From positions 1,434-65,433 of the forward strand of contig CAZNZK010000001.1 in assembly GCA_964577595.1 (NCBI GenBank): a DNA stretch of 64,000 nucleotides. Reading direction: 5' to 3'. Position 1 is the first letter of the stretch. Every line of letters starts with the position of its first letter. Below are positions 20,587 to 31,394 of the stretch, piece by piece. Both the position numbers and the translations under genes were made by a program. The notes beneath the pieces were generated by a model. It searched no databases and was not told the origin of the DNA. It saw nothing but the letters and a program-made list of their open reading frames with translations. The stretch comes from an uncultured Candidatus Saccharibacteria bacterium. Its GTDB lineage: Bacteria; Patescibacteriota; Minisyncoccia; Phycocordibacterales; JAKAEA01.

Positions 20587-23500
20587 ATGTCATCCAAACC
20601 TTGGCTCCCTTGGACTATTTTTGCAGTGGCTATGTTTATCTTGGTTGGCATTGCCTACACCGGCATTGCCGTTCTTACACCTGCTCATACCACTCCCGCG
20701 GCAGTTATCACTGCTACCACCGCCGCTACCGCTACTCCTAAAGTTACTCCTTGCATTGGCGGCGCAAAATTTAATGTGATTACTGGCGCAGTTTGCCCCA
20801 ACGCGCCGGTTGTTCCTGCCTACACTTTTACTAAAGTTCTTGCTCCCGGTAGTGTTGGTCCTGCCGTGAAAGCGCTTCAACGACTGTTAAACAGTGATCC
20901 TGCCACGAGAATACTCGGTAAAGGCGCCGGCTCTCCCGGTAAGGAGTCAACTTATTATGGTCCTGGCACCATGTTGGCAGTGGGGAAGTTCCAATTAAAG
21001 TATCGGGCTCAAATCCTCACTTCCGTCGGGCTCAAGAAGCCTACCGGTATTGTTGGCGCTTCAACTATTAAACAACTCAACGCTGTGGAAGTCGCTATCG
21101 CGAGAGCTAAAATCTCCACGCTGGCCTCAACACTTACAACTTCTCTTGTTCCGTCTGCCCCTTTGGCCGGCGGTGTTGTCACTCAGAATCTCATTGGTGC
21201 TAATGTCGGTGGCGGGGGTTTTAGTAGCGGTGGAGGAGGTGGCGGGGGAGGTGGTTCTGGCGGTGGCGGCGGGTGTGTGGTTCCAACAATAACTTCATCA
21301 CTTTCTGCGAGTGGAAATACTGGTTCGAATTTTACTTACAACATAACTGCGAGTGGTGATCCAACCATAACCTATTCAACGGGCTCTTTGCCAGGCGGGT
21401 TGTCTTTGTCAGCGCAAACTATTTCTGGTACACCGGCAAGCGCCGGCACCCCGACGGTATCCATCACTGCCACAAACGGTTGTGGACATGATACCGAAAC
21501 ACTTTCACTCACAATTACAAGTGGTGGCGGTGGCTGTGTTTCGCCCGCAATTACCTCTTCTCTTACAGATTTTGCCACGCAAAACAGTGTTTATTCATAC
21601 ACGCTTTCGGCTGCTGGCACCGCGCCATTTACGTACACGGCTACCAATCTACCCTCTGGCGTCTCGTTCTCATCGCCGACCATTTCCGGCACGCCAACGG
21701 TGCTTGCCACAACAAACGTTTCTGTTTCTGCCACCAACGCTTGTGGTACTGACAACGAGACTCTTTCGCTCACGGTGAATCAGGCTGTGTCGTGGCAACA
21801 GAACGCTAGTGGTTTTACCGCCCTTGCTACAAGTTCCGACAGTCAGGTTATTTACGTGAGCAGTAGTAGCGGTAATGATTCAAATAATGGTCTCTCTCCT
21901 CAGGCTCCGGTGCAAACTCTTAATAAGGCACGTTCCCTGGTTCGTGACGGGTATCCCGATTGGATTTTGCTAAAGCGCGGCGACACTTTTAATTCCAGCG
22001 ACGGTGGTTCGCCCGGAGATAGCCCGTCTGTGCTTTTGCTTAACTGGGGCGGTCGGTCGGCATCGGAACCAACAGTCATTGGTGCCTACGGCACTGGTGC
22101 TCGGCCAATTCTCGATGCGTATGGAAATGCTGCGGCTATTGATATTGGTTCGCAAAATGTTAACCACATTGCCATTACCGGTCTTAATCTCACGTCTAGT
22201 CAAAGAAATCCCAATTCTCCAAACTACGCCGGAGACGGAAATGTTTCAGATAACAGTGAAGGAATATTGTGGTTAAGTTCTGCAGAAGGTGATACCGATT
22301 TACTTGTTGAAGACTGCGTCATGAGCTATTTTGATGATGCAGGCAACTTTAGTGGTTTTAACGGTGGTCGTTTAAGTAGCATTACTTTCCGACGTAATAT
22401 TGTTATGGACGACTACAATACCGGCGGCTCAGAAGGCGGCCACTCGCAGGGTGTGATTTTCGGCGGCGTTGACAATGTACTCATTGAACAGAATGTTTTT
22501 GACCATAATGGTTGGAATGAGCAGATTCCTGACGCCGGTGCCAATAGTTTTAATCAAGAGATTTATATTCAGCATGGCAATACTGGTGTTACGGTGCGGG
22601 AGAATATTATCGCTAATTCAGCTGGTGACGGTCTCCAATTGCGTTCTGGTGGCACTATGCAGGACAATATTTTTGCCGACGACCCACTCGCTGGTTTCGT
22701 AAGCGGTGGTGATGGCGCTGTCGCTGTTGATGTTCCTGTTGCCACCTCCATTATGACTGGTAACGTGGTGCTGAATGGCCTAGATATGCCAGGAGTGCTT
22801 GGCGGCCCTCGTGGCTGGGGCTTAGATGTGAATCCAAACTATGGCCCGAATCCCGTTACCGTGTTGGTAGACAATAACGTTCTTGCGCATAATACAGGAA
22901 CAGGATCTCACGGCACCTGGCTATTTAATGATATTCAGTCTCCAGAACTTGCCACTGGTATTTCCAATGTCACGGTCAGTAACAACACATATTACAACTG
23001 GTCTTCGCCATCTAACGATCTCATTATTGACCAGCCAACAGTTGGTACAAACACGCTTACCAATAATACCTTTGACGGCACAGGTTACAGTGACCCGGAT
23101 CGCACACTTGCTTCCTACAATGTAACACTCGGCGGCGCCAATTCCGACGATGCCTTTTTGGCCGCTGCAGAAAGTCGACCCACCGGCACCTGGAACGACA
23201 ACTATGGCGCCTTAGCAGCTATCAATTATGTTCGCGAGGGCTTTAATTTGTCTGATTTAGTGGCGCCGCCTTCAATATCTTTTTCTCCTGCTTCTGCTTC
23301 CGTGAATACCGGCAGTGGTACTACGCTCACGTGGTCTACTTCCGGCGCTTCCTCGTGTACGGCCAGCGGGGGTTGGTCGGGAAGCAAGGCCACTTCAGGC
23401 TCGCAAAGCACGGGCAATCTTACTAGCACTACCGCCTTTACTTTGACGTGTACGGGCACTGGCGGATCCTCCTCCGCCGGGGCAACGGTAACGGTGACTC

Positions 23501-24564
23501 AACCACTGGCCATAGACATTGCCGCTATAAGTGGAGTCGTCGTGCCATCAACAGGCGCCACGCCAACGGCAAGCATAAGCGCGACAAGTGAATACACGGC
23601 CGCTATTTCCTGGAGTCCCACCGACAATCCTTTTGCTGGGAGTACCGCGTACACTGCCACTATCACGTTAACTCCAAAATTCGGTTACACCGTAACCGGT
23701 ATTACGTCAAATTTCTTTACGGTATCTGGCGCCAGTAGTGTTACTAACTCTTCTAATTCAGGGGTTGTCACTGCAGTATTTCCTGCTACTCAAGCAGCCG
23801 CCAATCTCACGAACGGTTTGCTGGCCTACTACCCATTTGATGGTAGTGTGGCTGACACGAGCGGTAATGCCAATAACGGCACTGCAGTTGGTAGTCCCTC
23901 ATATATTACCGGTCAGCTCGGTCAAGCCATTTCTCTTGATGGTACAAGCCAGTATGTTGATACCGCCAATTATGCCGACAACCTTTCAAGTATTTCAGTC
24001 GCCGCTTGGATACAAGTGGGCACGGGTGTTTCAGGCTCATTCTTGCCAGTTGTATATAAAATGAGTAGTAGTGGTTCTTCTGGGATAGGGTGGGGTGTAA
24101 ATATTTTTCATACCCTTGGCAATTATGAAATTGGCTACTTACAACAACAAGATGGTTCAACATATAATGAATTTACCAGTCACGACGCTATTACTGATGA
24201 CGGTGGTTGGCATTTCATTGTGCTCACGCAAGGTGGTGGCCTCAATAGTGTTCCTGATATGTATATTGATGGCGCGAACGTTAGCATTGATGACCACGGT
24301 TCCACTAAAAATCTCACCACTACTTCCAACGCTCTCAATGTGCGAATCGGTGCCACTGGTAGCGGAGACAAGTTCTTCCCTGGCTCCATTGACGAGGTCC
24401 GTGTCTATAACAGAGCGCTGAATTCAGATGAAGTGTCGCAATTGTATAACCAAGGCCTGGCCTATTTCAAAACTCCCCAGCTTCAGCCTCAAACAGAAAT
24501 AGCTTCAGTGTGGCAAGCGGTGCAGGCCTGGATTAATGGATTGAAAAAACAATTCGGCTTGTAA
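20587..24564 (+). CDS. Large mosaic surface protein: N-terminal TM, peptidoglycan-binding, two putative Ig, right-handed beta-helix, Ig-like, LamG
   Basis: VKALQRLLN..YYGPGT; ISGTP repeats; NVFDHNGW beta-helix; IDEVRVYNRAL LamG end. Confidence 0.8.
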   Translation: MSSKPWLPWTIFAVAMFILVGIAYTGIAVLTPAHTTPAAVITATTAATATPKVTPCIGGAKFNVITGAVCPNAPVVPAYTFTKVLAPGSVGPAVKALQRLLNSDPATRILGKGAGSPGKESTYYGPGTMLAVGKFQLKYRAQILTSVGLKKPTGIVGASTIKQLNAVEVAIARAKISTLASTLTTSLVPSAPLAGGVVTQNLIGANVGGGGFSSGGGGGGGGGSGGGGGCVVPTITSSLSASGNTGSNFTYNITASGDPTITYSTGSLPGGLSLSAQTISGTPASAGTPTVSITATNGCGHDTETLSLTITSGGGGCVSPAITSSLTDFATQNSVYSYTLSAAGTAPFTYTATNLPSGVSFSSPTISGTPTVLATTNVSVSATNACGTDNETLSLTVNQAVSWQQNASGFTALATSSDSQVIYVSSSSGNDSNNGLSPQAPVQTLNKARSLVRDGYPDWILLKRGDTFNSSDGGSPGDSPSVLLLNWGGRSASEPTVIGAYGTGARPILDAYGNAAAIDIGSQNVNHIAITGLNLTSSQRNPNSPNYAGDGNVSDNSEGILWLSSAEGDTDLLVEDCVMSYFDDAGNFSGFNGGRLSSITFRRNIVMDDYNTGGSEGGHSQGVIFGGVDNVLIEQNVFDHNGWNEQIPDAGANSFNQEIYIQHGNTGVTVRENIIANSAGDGLQLRSGGTMQDNIFADDPLAGFVSGGDGAVAVDVPVATSIMTGNVVLNGLDMPGVLGGPRGWGLDVNPNYGPNPVTVLVDNNVLAHNTGTGSHGTWLFNDIQSPELATGISNVTVSNNTYYNWSSPSNDLIIDQPTVGTNTLTNNTFDGTGYSDPDRTLASYNVTLGGANSDDAFLAAAESRPTGTWNDNYGALAAINYVREGFNLSDLVAPPSISFSPASASVNTGSGTTLTWSTSGASSCTASGGWSGSKATSGSQSTGNLTSTTAFTLTCTGTGGSSSAGATVTVTQPLAIDIAAISGVVVPSTGATPTASISATSEYTAAISWSPTDNPFAGSTAYTATITLTPKFGYTVTGITSNFFTVSGASSVTNSSNSGVVTAVFPATQAAANLTNGLLAYYPFDGSVADTSGNANNGTAVGSPSYITGQLGQAISLDGTSQYVDTANYADNLSSISVAAWIQVGTGVSGSFLPVVYKMSSSGSSGIGWGVNIFHTLGNYEIGYLQQQDGSTYNEFTSHDAITDDGGWHFIVLTQGGGLNSVPDMYIDGANVSIDDHGSTKNLTTTSNALNVRIGATGSGDKFFPGSIDEVRVYNRALNSDEVSQLYNQGLAYFKTPQLQPQTEIASVWQAVQAWINGLKKQFGL

Positions 24565-24642
24565 GGGATTGCTCATTGCAAAACAAAAATTTTTAGGACG
24601 CAATAAGAAGAGTGGCAAAAAAGTGCTACACTGGTGCTGAAT

Positions 24643-26373
24643 ATGACTCCAGTAGAGCAAATTAAAAATAAGCTGAGCATCAACGATGTCGTTGGTTCCT
24701 ATATAAAAGTAGAGCGTGCGGGGGCTAATTTTAAGGCAAGATGCCCATTTCATAACGAAAAGACGCCGTCGTTTTTTATATCACCGGAGCGCGGTTCTTA
24801 TTATTGTTTTGGTTGTGGGGCTAAAGGCGATATTTTTAGTTTTGTGCAGCAGTTTGAGGGCTTAGATTTTGTGGGCGCCCTGCGCGTGTTGGCTGATAGG
24901 GCAGGGGTTACTTTGCACCGCCGCGATGCTGGAGTTGAAAGCCGCGAACGCAGTGCCCGCGAGAAACTCTATGTAGCCCATGAATACGCCACGCTTTTTT
25001 ATCAGCGCCAGTTGGCGAATAGGTCGGAAGCTTTGGAATATTTGAAAAAACGCGGCCTTACCGAAGCTACTATAAAAGAATGGCGTCTCGGCTATGCGCC
25101 AGTGGAGTGGCGAACGCTCTACGATTATCTGAAGAGTAAAAATTTCAGCGACGCCGAAATTGAAATGGCGGGCTTTGCCAAAAAATCAGAAAAAAGCGCG
25201 GGGTTTTACGACCGTTTCCGCGGCCGGGTGATGTTCCCGATTTTTGACGCGGCCGGGCGGGTCATTGCTTTTTCTGGCCGCCAACACGAAAGCGACGGTA
25301 CAGAGGCAAAATATCTCAACAGCCCGGAAACGCCGCTCTTTCAAAAATCCCACGTTCTCTATGGTTGGCATAAAGCTCGTTTGTCTATTCGCCAGAAAGG
25401 CCAAGTAGTCTTGGTTGAAGGGCAAATGGATTTGCTCGCATGTCACCAGGCCGGGCTTGTCAATACCGTAGCTACTTCCGGCACAGCGCTCACTATTGAC
25501 CATATCACGCTCATGAAGCGCCTGGCCGACAAATTAGTTATTTGTTACGACGCTGACACGGCCGGCCAAAACGCCGCGGCAAAAGGCTTCGGCCTGGCTC
25601 TGGCTGCTGGCTTGGAAGTAACTGTCGCTACCTTGCCGGCGGGGAAGGATCCGGCCGAGCTTGCCTCCGAGAGCCCGGAAAAATTAGTTACTTTTATCAA
25701 TGCCGCCCGTCATATACTAGACGTGGAGCTAGAGAGGATTTTGGTGGAGCACCCCTCAGTCCGTGAGCGCGATAGGGCCATTGAAAAAACTCTCCTTCCT
25801 CTCATAGCTCTTTTAGAAAGTCCTACCAATCAAAGTCGCTACGTGACCGAAATCGCTCACAAAGCAAGCCTCAAAGAACAGGTACTGTGGGACGAAATCA
25901 AGAAGCTGGCTTCGCGAAATGTGGTTCAAAGAAGCGCAGGGTCAGCCGCTCCAATGGGAGGCACGGCCAGTTCTCATAGTAGTCATTTAACAAAGCGTTT
26001 AGAGGTGGTAGAACGGCTTTTGTGGGGTTTGGTTTTCTTGCTCGACAACAATACCGGCAAGGAGGGCAAAAGTGGTGCCTCGCTGGACATTCGGCAAAAA
26101 ATCAGTACAATTGTGGGCACGCCTCAATTTGTTGCTCGCGAGCAAGCGGCGGCTAAAATAAAGGATGAATTGCTTTTTGAAGCCGAGGCCGCTTTTGCTT
26201 CTGGCGATGAATCAAGCTCCTTTAAGAAGGTTGGCGATGAGCTTGTAGCTGATTTTGAAGAAGAGTGGCTCCGAGAAGAGCTTGCTAGTGCCACTAGGGC
26301 CGGCCAGTCGCAGGACGTTTTAAATCAATTACTCATGCGCCTTCGTTCCGCGCATCAAAAACACCTTCAATAA
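24643..26373 (+). CDS. dnaG: DNA primase
   Basis: CPFH..CFGC zinc finger, [21 protein letters not shown] and YDAD. Confidence 0.97.
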   Translation: MTPVEQIKNKLSINDVVGSYIKVERAGANFKARCPFHNEKTPSFFISPERGSYYCFGCGAKGDIFSFVQQFEGLDFVGALRVLADRAGVTLHRRDAGVESRERSAREKLYVAHEYATLFYQRQLANRSEALEYLKKRGLTEATIKEWRLGYAPVEWRTLYDYLKSKNFSDAEIEMAGFAKKSEKSAGFYDRFRGRVMFPIFDAAGRVIAFSGRQHESDGTEAKYLNSPETPLFQKSHVLYGWHKARLSIRQKGQVVLVEGQMDLLACHQAGLVNTVATSGTALTIDHITLMKRLADKLVICYDADTAGQNAAAKGFGLALAAGLEVTVATLPAGKDPAELASESPEKLVTFINAARHILDVELERILVEHPSVRERDRAIEKTLLPLIALLESPTNQSRYVTEIAHKASLKEQVLWDEIKKLASRNVVQRSAGSAAPMGGTASSHSSHLTKRLEVVERLLWGLVFLLDNNTGKEGKSGASLDIRQKISTIVGTPQFVAREQAAAKIKDELLFEAEAAFASGDESSSFKKVGDELVADFEEEWLREELASATRAGQSQDVLNQLLMRLRSAHQKHLQ

Positions 26374-26390
26374 TAATTTTTTATAAAAAC

Positions 26391-27578
26391 ATGGCCACCA
26401 AAAAAACAAAGAAAATAGTCGCCAAAAAACCCGCCAAAAAGGCGGTTAAAAAAGTCCTACACGCGAACGACGCCATAAAAACAGCTAAAAAGGGTGTGGC
26501 CAAGCTGGAAGAGATGGATCGCAAAGCCGATATGTTGGTCGGCAAAGGCAAGGAACGCGGTTTCGTCACCTACGACGAAATTTTGAAGGAATTTCCAACG
26601 GTTGAGGACGACCTCCTCTTTTTGGAGGATCTCTATGAAAAGTTCTCCACGGCTGGCGTTGATGTGTTAGAAGGTGGTGGCCTGTTAGAGGTGCCCACCG
26701 CTGAGCCTAGTGGTAAAAAGTCCTATTACAGCACCGGCGAAGGTGGTTACGATTCCATTCAAATGTATCTCAAAGAAATTGGCCAATACCCGCTGTTGAC
26801 TGCCGCTATGGAAAAAGAATTGGCTCGTCGCATTGAAAAAGGCGACGACGAGGCCCGCACTTTGCTGGCTCGCGCCAATTTGCGCTTGGTGGTCTCTATT
26901 GCTAAAAAATACGTTGGTCGCTCGCCCGATCTCACTCTTCTAGACTTGATTCAAGAGGGTAACATCGGCCTCTTTAAGGCAGTGGATAAATTTGACTGGA
27001 CCAAAGGCTTCAAGTTTTCAACCTATGCCACCTGGTGGATTCGCCAGGCCATCACCCGTGCTTTGGCCGACCAGTCCCGCACCATCCGTGTGCCGGTGCA
27101 TATGGTGGAAACTATCGCTAAATACAAGCAGGTCGTGCGTCGCCTCGCTCAGGATTTGGGCCGCGACCCTCTGCCCGAAGAAATCGCCATGGAAATGGGC
27201 TTGGAGGTGGAAAAAATCTATCAAATTGAAAAAATTGACCAGGGCGTGGTTTCGCTCCAGAGCCAAGTTGGTGATGACAGCGGCGACCGCGATTCTGAGC
27301 TTCAGGATTTTATCGCCGATGATAAAATTCTCTCACCTGATCAGGAAACCTCCCGCCGCATAGTTCAGGATCAAGTGCGCGAAATTCTCAATGATTTACC
27401 CGAAAAAGAGCGTAAAATTCTTGAATTACGGCACGGCTTAGTAGATGGCGTTCAGCACACTCTTGAAGAAGTCGGTAAAAAATTCGGTGTCACTCGCGAA
27501 CGTATCCGCCAAATAGAGGCCAAAGCTCACGAAAAAATCCGTCAGCACGAGCGCGTCAACCGCTTGAAGAATTATTAA
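26391..27578 (+). CDS. rpoD: Primary sigma factor
   Basis: [46 protein letters not shown]; follows dnaG. Confidence 0.97.
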   Translation: MATKKTKKIVAKKPAKKAVKKVLHANDAIKTAKKGVAKLEEMDRKADMLVGKGKERGFVTYDEILKEFPTVEDDLLFLEDLYEKFSTAGVDVLEGGGLLEVPTAEPSGKKSYYSTGEGGYDSIQMYLKEIGQYPLLTAAMEKELARRIEKGDDEARTLLARANLRLVVSIAKKYVGRSPDLTLLDLIQEGNIGLFKAVDKFDWTKGFKFSTYATWWIRQAITRALADQSRTIRVPVHMVETIAKYKQVVRRLAQDLGRDPLPEEIAMEMGLEVEKIYQIEKIDQGVVSLQSQVGDDSGDRDSELQDFIADDKILSPDQETSRRIVQDQVREILNDLPEKERKILELRHGLVDGVQHTLEEVGKKFGVTRERIRQIEAKAHEKIRQHERVNRLKNY

Positions 27579-27657
27579 TAGTGTGGTATGGTTCTTCGTT
27601 AGATACCCGTATTGTGCGGGTTGAAACTGTGGGTGCGTCTACAAAGGAGTTATACGC

Positions 27658-28170
27658 ATGATCTACCCAGTTGTCGCGGAAGTGGTGTATCTTTTTCCTG
27701 GGGCAAGCGGCAATCCACTGCTCGTTTTTCCTCCCTGGTGTTCTCTTGAGGGGGTAAAAGATTCGTTTGCCGATATGGAGCAGCCAAGTGGTTTCTTTGG
27801 CATCCACTATGAGCAGAATGGTGACGAGGCGTGGCGGGTTTTGCTCGGAGGAACGCAGTGGTATCGTGGTGCTGTCGCGACGCTTCGCGAGCACGTGGTT
27901 GTGGATAAACACACAACCATCGTCAGTCGGGATTTCAACATAGCGGTCACCATCTTCACGCCCGCGCACCCCTTCGTTCACCAAGTTCTTTCCGTGCCGC
28001 CGCCCGGGTCGGTGTGTCACCCAAATATTCTTCGCGAAAAGGCGCGCCTTAAGCACGTACCGTCTTTTGACGGTGATGAATGGCGCAGGGGCGTTTTGCT
28101 CCGGGGTTTCCCGTCCAATTTGATTGCGAATGAAATCCGCAATCGGGCTCGTCAATCACTGGCGGCCTAA
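27658..28170 (+). CDS. Hypothetical protein (orphan cassette 2)
   Basis: AAGGAG 8 nt before ATG; TTGAAG-N17-TATGGT at 27564-27592; strong terminator downstream. Confidence 0.6.
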   Translation: MIYPVVAEVVYLFPGASGNPLLVFPPWCSLEGVKDSFADMEQPSGFFGIHYEQNGDEAWRVLLGGTQWYRGAVATLREHVVVDKHTTIVSRDFNIAVTIFTPAHPFVHQVLSVPPPGSVCHPNILREKARLKHVPSFDGDEWRRGVLLRGFPSNLIANEIRNRARQSLAA

Positions 28171-28208
28171 ATCGGTTCCAGTCTTTTCAATATTGTCCTT
28201 TCTTGCCG

Positions 28209-28244
28209 GGGGCGGGTCACACTCTTGTGACCCGCCCCTTTTTT
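28209..28244 (+). terminator. Intrinsic terminator
   Basis: 13-bp stem GGGGCGGGTCACA/TGTGACCCGCCCC plus T6. Confidence 0.85.
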
Positions 28245-28277
28245 ATTTGGTCGAAAAGGTGGTACGATTCGCCCATC

Positions 28278-31200
28278 ATGGCCAGCGGCGAAAATTTTGA
28301 AAAACTCTATAAGGCGCTCAATGTCGCCCAGAAAAAGGCGGTGGATGCTATTGAGGGGCCGGTTATGGTTATTGCGGGCCCTGGCACGGGTAAAACGCAA
28401 ATTTTAGCCCTGCGCATTGCCAACATTTTGCGAAAAACCGATACATCACCCGACGCCATTTTGGCCCTGGCCTTCACAGAATCCGCGGTGCACTCCATGC
28501 GTTCGCGTTTGGTTTCAATCATTGGGCCGGCGGCCTATAAAATCGCTATTTTCACCTTCCATGGTTTTGCTAACAGTATTATTGAACGCTATCCGGAAGA
28601 ATTTCCACGCATTATTGGTGCCGCTCCAGCCACCGCCGTTGATCAGGTGGGTATTTTGACTGACATCATTGAGGGTCGCTCGAAACTGGCAAACGGATTA
28701 GTAATTTTGCGTCCCTACGGCGAGCCACTCTTTTACTTGCCGGGAATTCAATCAGCCATTACGGAATTAAAGCGTGAAAACATCGGCCCGGCAGAGTGCT
28801 TGGCGCTGGTTAAAAAAGAAGTAAAAGCCTTGGCGGCCGTACCCGAGAGCGAGCGGGTGCACCAAAAAGGCGCTCATAAAGGCAAAGTTAAAAGTGAATT
28901 CACCGAGCGCGAAAAAAATGTCGCTAAAAACCAGGAGTTTGCCGCTGTATATGCCGCCTATGAACACGAGCTGGCGAAGCGTCGGCTCTATGATTTTGAA
29001 GACATGTTGCGCGAGGTGGTGCAGGCGTTTTCCAATAATGCCGACTTGCTTCTGCGCGCCCAAGAACAGTATCAATACATTTTGGCCGACGAGCACCAGG
29101 ATGCCAATGCTACCCAAAACGCCCTTCTGGAATTGCTGACGAATTTTCACACCGAGCCGAACCTTTTCATTGTCGGTGATGAGAAGCAGGCAATTTTTCG
29201 TTTTCAAGGCGCGTCGCTGGATAATTTCTTGTATTTTAAAAAACTCCACCCAGCGGCCACCGTTATTTCTCTTGAGCAAAATTACCGCTCAACGCAGGCA
29301 ATTCTTGACGTGGCCGGTGGGCTTATTGCTAATAATCGCGTTGCTGATGCCAACATGCGCGTGTCTCTGCGGGCCAGCGGGGCTGTGGCCGGCAAGAAAG
29401 AAAAGGGGACTGGCGGGCTAGACATTTCGCTGGCTGAATTCAGCTCACCGGAACGAGAACTCACGTTTGTGGCTCGCGATATTGCTACGCGAAAAGAGCC
29501 TGATGTCGCCATTATATATCGCACCAACAATGACGCTGACGGCATTAGTCGGGCCTTGCGTGTGGCTGGCGTGCCGCACACGATTTATTCTGATAAAAGT
29601 TTATTTGCCGACCCGGCCGTGGCCAACCTGGTTCTCTTGGCGCGAACGCTTGCTACCTATGGTGATGATGCCGTCCTCGGTCGCGTGCTGTACGTCGATT
29701 TTCTGAAATGCTCACCGCTGGATGTTTTTAAACTTACTCGTTATGCTTCGGAAAAACGGGTCCTTATTGCTGATGTGCTAGCTTCGTCCAAGCTTTTGGC
29801 CGCCGCTGGTGTTGCGGATGTGGAACACTTCAGTGGTGTCGCCACCACGCTTTCCGCTCTGGCTATTTTTAGTAAAAACCATGGGTTGACCGAAACTTTG
29901 GACCAGCTAGTGTATCACTCGGGTTTTATTGAGCATTTACTAACAGCGCCGGCCATTGTGGAGCATTTAGCGGCTTTGGAATCTTTTATGCGTGAAGCGG
30001 GTCAGGTGGTGCGCGGCAACGCAAAAGCCACCCTCGCCGACATGGTGGCGTTTATTGATGTGGTGGAGGAACACGGTATTGGGCTTGGCATTACAGTTGC
30101 AGATGCGGACGATCGCGACGGTGAGCCACTAGTGCGCCTTATGACCGCGCACAAGTCAAAGGGTTTGGAATTTCAAACGGTATATATTATTGGCGCCCAG
30201 GAGGGTCACTGGGATGGTCGTCGCAAGCGCACTCAGTTTAAATTACCCCTGCCGCGCGCCGCGGATACTGCGGAGGATTTTTCTCTTGAAGACGAGCGTC
30301 GGCTTTTTTATGTGGCGCTCACGAGGGCCAAGCGGCACGTCACTATAAGTTGGGCGGCGGCCGATATGGGTGGCAAACCAAAATTACCCAGCCAATTTGT
30401 CACCGAGCTTAATCCTGCATTAGTCCGTCACATTGACGCTGTTGTTTTGGAAAAAAAATTACGCCAACCGGAAATGAGCAAAATGGCTGGCGAGGCCACT
30501 ACGGCGCCTTTGGCCAACCGCGCTTTTATTCGGGATCTTTTTAAAAGACAAGGATGGTCGGTGACTGCGCTCAACAATTACTTGCGCTGCCCTTGGGAAT
30601 ATTTTTTCAAGAATTTGGTGCGATTGCCGGATACAAAAACCATTCACCAGCTTTACGGTACGGCCGTGCACGCCGCGCTGGCTCACTTTTTCCGCCTTTT
30701 TGGAGAAGGCGAGCTCATGTCTCGAAAGGCGTTCTTGGATATCTTTGAATTTTCCCTGAACCGACAACAGCTTTCCGCCAAAGACCGCGTCGCCAGTCTC
30801 GTTAAAGGGAATAAAGCTCTCGGAGGTTGGTACGATTGGTACGTTAAAAAAGGCGCGAATCCGTGGCCACCACAAGGTTTGGTGGAGTTTGATATTCGCG
30901 GTGTAACCGTGCCTGTCGTCGTTGCTGAAAGCAAAGATCAGCCCGAAACACTGGATGTTCCGCTTAACGGCAAGCTTGACCGGGTAGAGTTTCTTAATGA
31001 TCGCGAAGTCAATGTTGCCGATTTCAAAACGGCCAAGCCAAAAAGCCGCAATGAAATCCTCGGTAAAACAAAAAGCTCCAAGCAAAATAGCGCCCCTGAT
31101 TATTTCCGCCAGCTCATTTTTTATAAACTGCTCCTGAGTTTGCATGAAAAAGGCCGGCGGGTCATGGTTTCCGGCGACATTGATTTTGTTGAACCCAATG

Positions 31201-31382
31201 GGAGCGGCAAATATCAGAAGGAGCGTTTTATGCCCACCGATGACGACGTAGTGACATTAAAACAAACCATCATTTTGGCTAGTAAAGATGTGTGGAATCT
31301 TGCCTTCTGGAATCGCATCTGTGACGATCCCGATTGCGAGTTCTGTGCACTCCGTAAAAAGCTCGGGCCCGATCCAATGTAG
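28278..31382 (+). CDS. UvrD/PcrA-family helicase fused to PD-(D/E)xK nuclease (AdnB/AddA-like)
   Basis: AGPGTGKT, DEHQD, VGDEKQAIFRFQGA, MTAHKSKGLEF, YVALTRAK; C-terminal GKLDRV/DFKT and four Cys. Confidence 0.92.
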   Translation: MASGENFEKLYKALNVAQKKAVDAIEGPVMVIAGPGTGKTQILALRIANILRKTDTSPDAILALAFTESAVHSMRSRLVSIIGPAAYKIAIFTFHGFANSIIERYPEEFPRIIGAAPATAVDQVGILTDIIEGRSKLANGLVILRPYGEPLFYLPGIQSAITELKRENIGPAECLALVKKEVKALAAVPESERVHQKGAHKGKVKSEFTEREKNVAKNQEFAAVYAAYEHELAKRRLYDFEDMLREVVQAFSNNADLLLRAQEQYQYILADEHQDANATQNALLELLTNFHTEPNLFIVGDEKQAIFRFQGASLDNFLYFKKLHPAATVISLEQNYRSTQAILDVAGGLIANNRVADANMRVSLRASGAVAGKKEKGTGGLDISLAEFSSPERELTFVARDIATRKEPDVAIIYRTNNDADGISRALRVAGVPHTIYSDKSLFADPAVANLVLLARTLATYGDDAVLGRVLYVDFLKCSPLDVFKLTRYASEKRVLIADVLASSKLLAAAGVADVEHFSGVATTLSALAIFSKNHGLTETLDQLVYHSGFIEHLLTAPAIVEHLAALESFMREAGQVVRGNAKATLADMVAFIDVVEEHGIGLGITVADADDRDGEPLVRLMTAHKSKGLEFQTVYIIGAQEGHWDGRRKRTQFKLPLPRAADTAEDFSLEDERRLFYVALTRAKRHVTISWAAADMGGKPKLPSQFVTELNPALVRHIDAVVLEKKLRQPEMSKMAGEATTAPLANRAFIRDLFKRQGWSVTALNNYLRCPWEYFFKNLVRLPDTKTIHQLYGTAVHAALAHFFRLFGEGELMSRKAFLDIFEFSLNRQQLSAKDRVASLVKGNKALGGWYDWYVKKGANPWPPQGLVEFDIRGVTVPVVVAESKDQPETLDVPLNGKLDRVEFLNDREVNVADFKTAKPKSRNEILGKTKSSKQNSAPDYFRQLIFYKLLLSLHEKGRRVMVSGDIDFVEPNGSGKYQKERFMPTDDDVVTLKQTIILASKDVWNLAFWNRICDDPDCEFCALRKKLGPDPM

Positions 31383-31394
31383 TATAATTTAGCT

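Noticed and set aside
28209-28238. Hairpin containing GGGTCA as a further REP copy
   Set aside because: Shares only 6 nt with the motif; better explained as an intrinsic terminator
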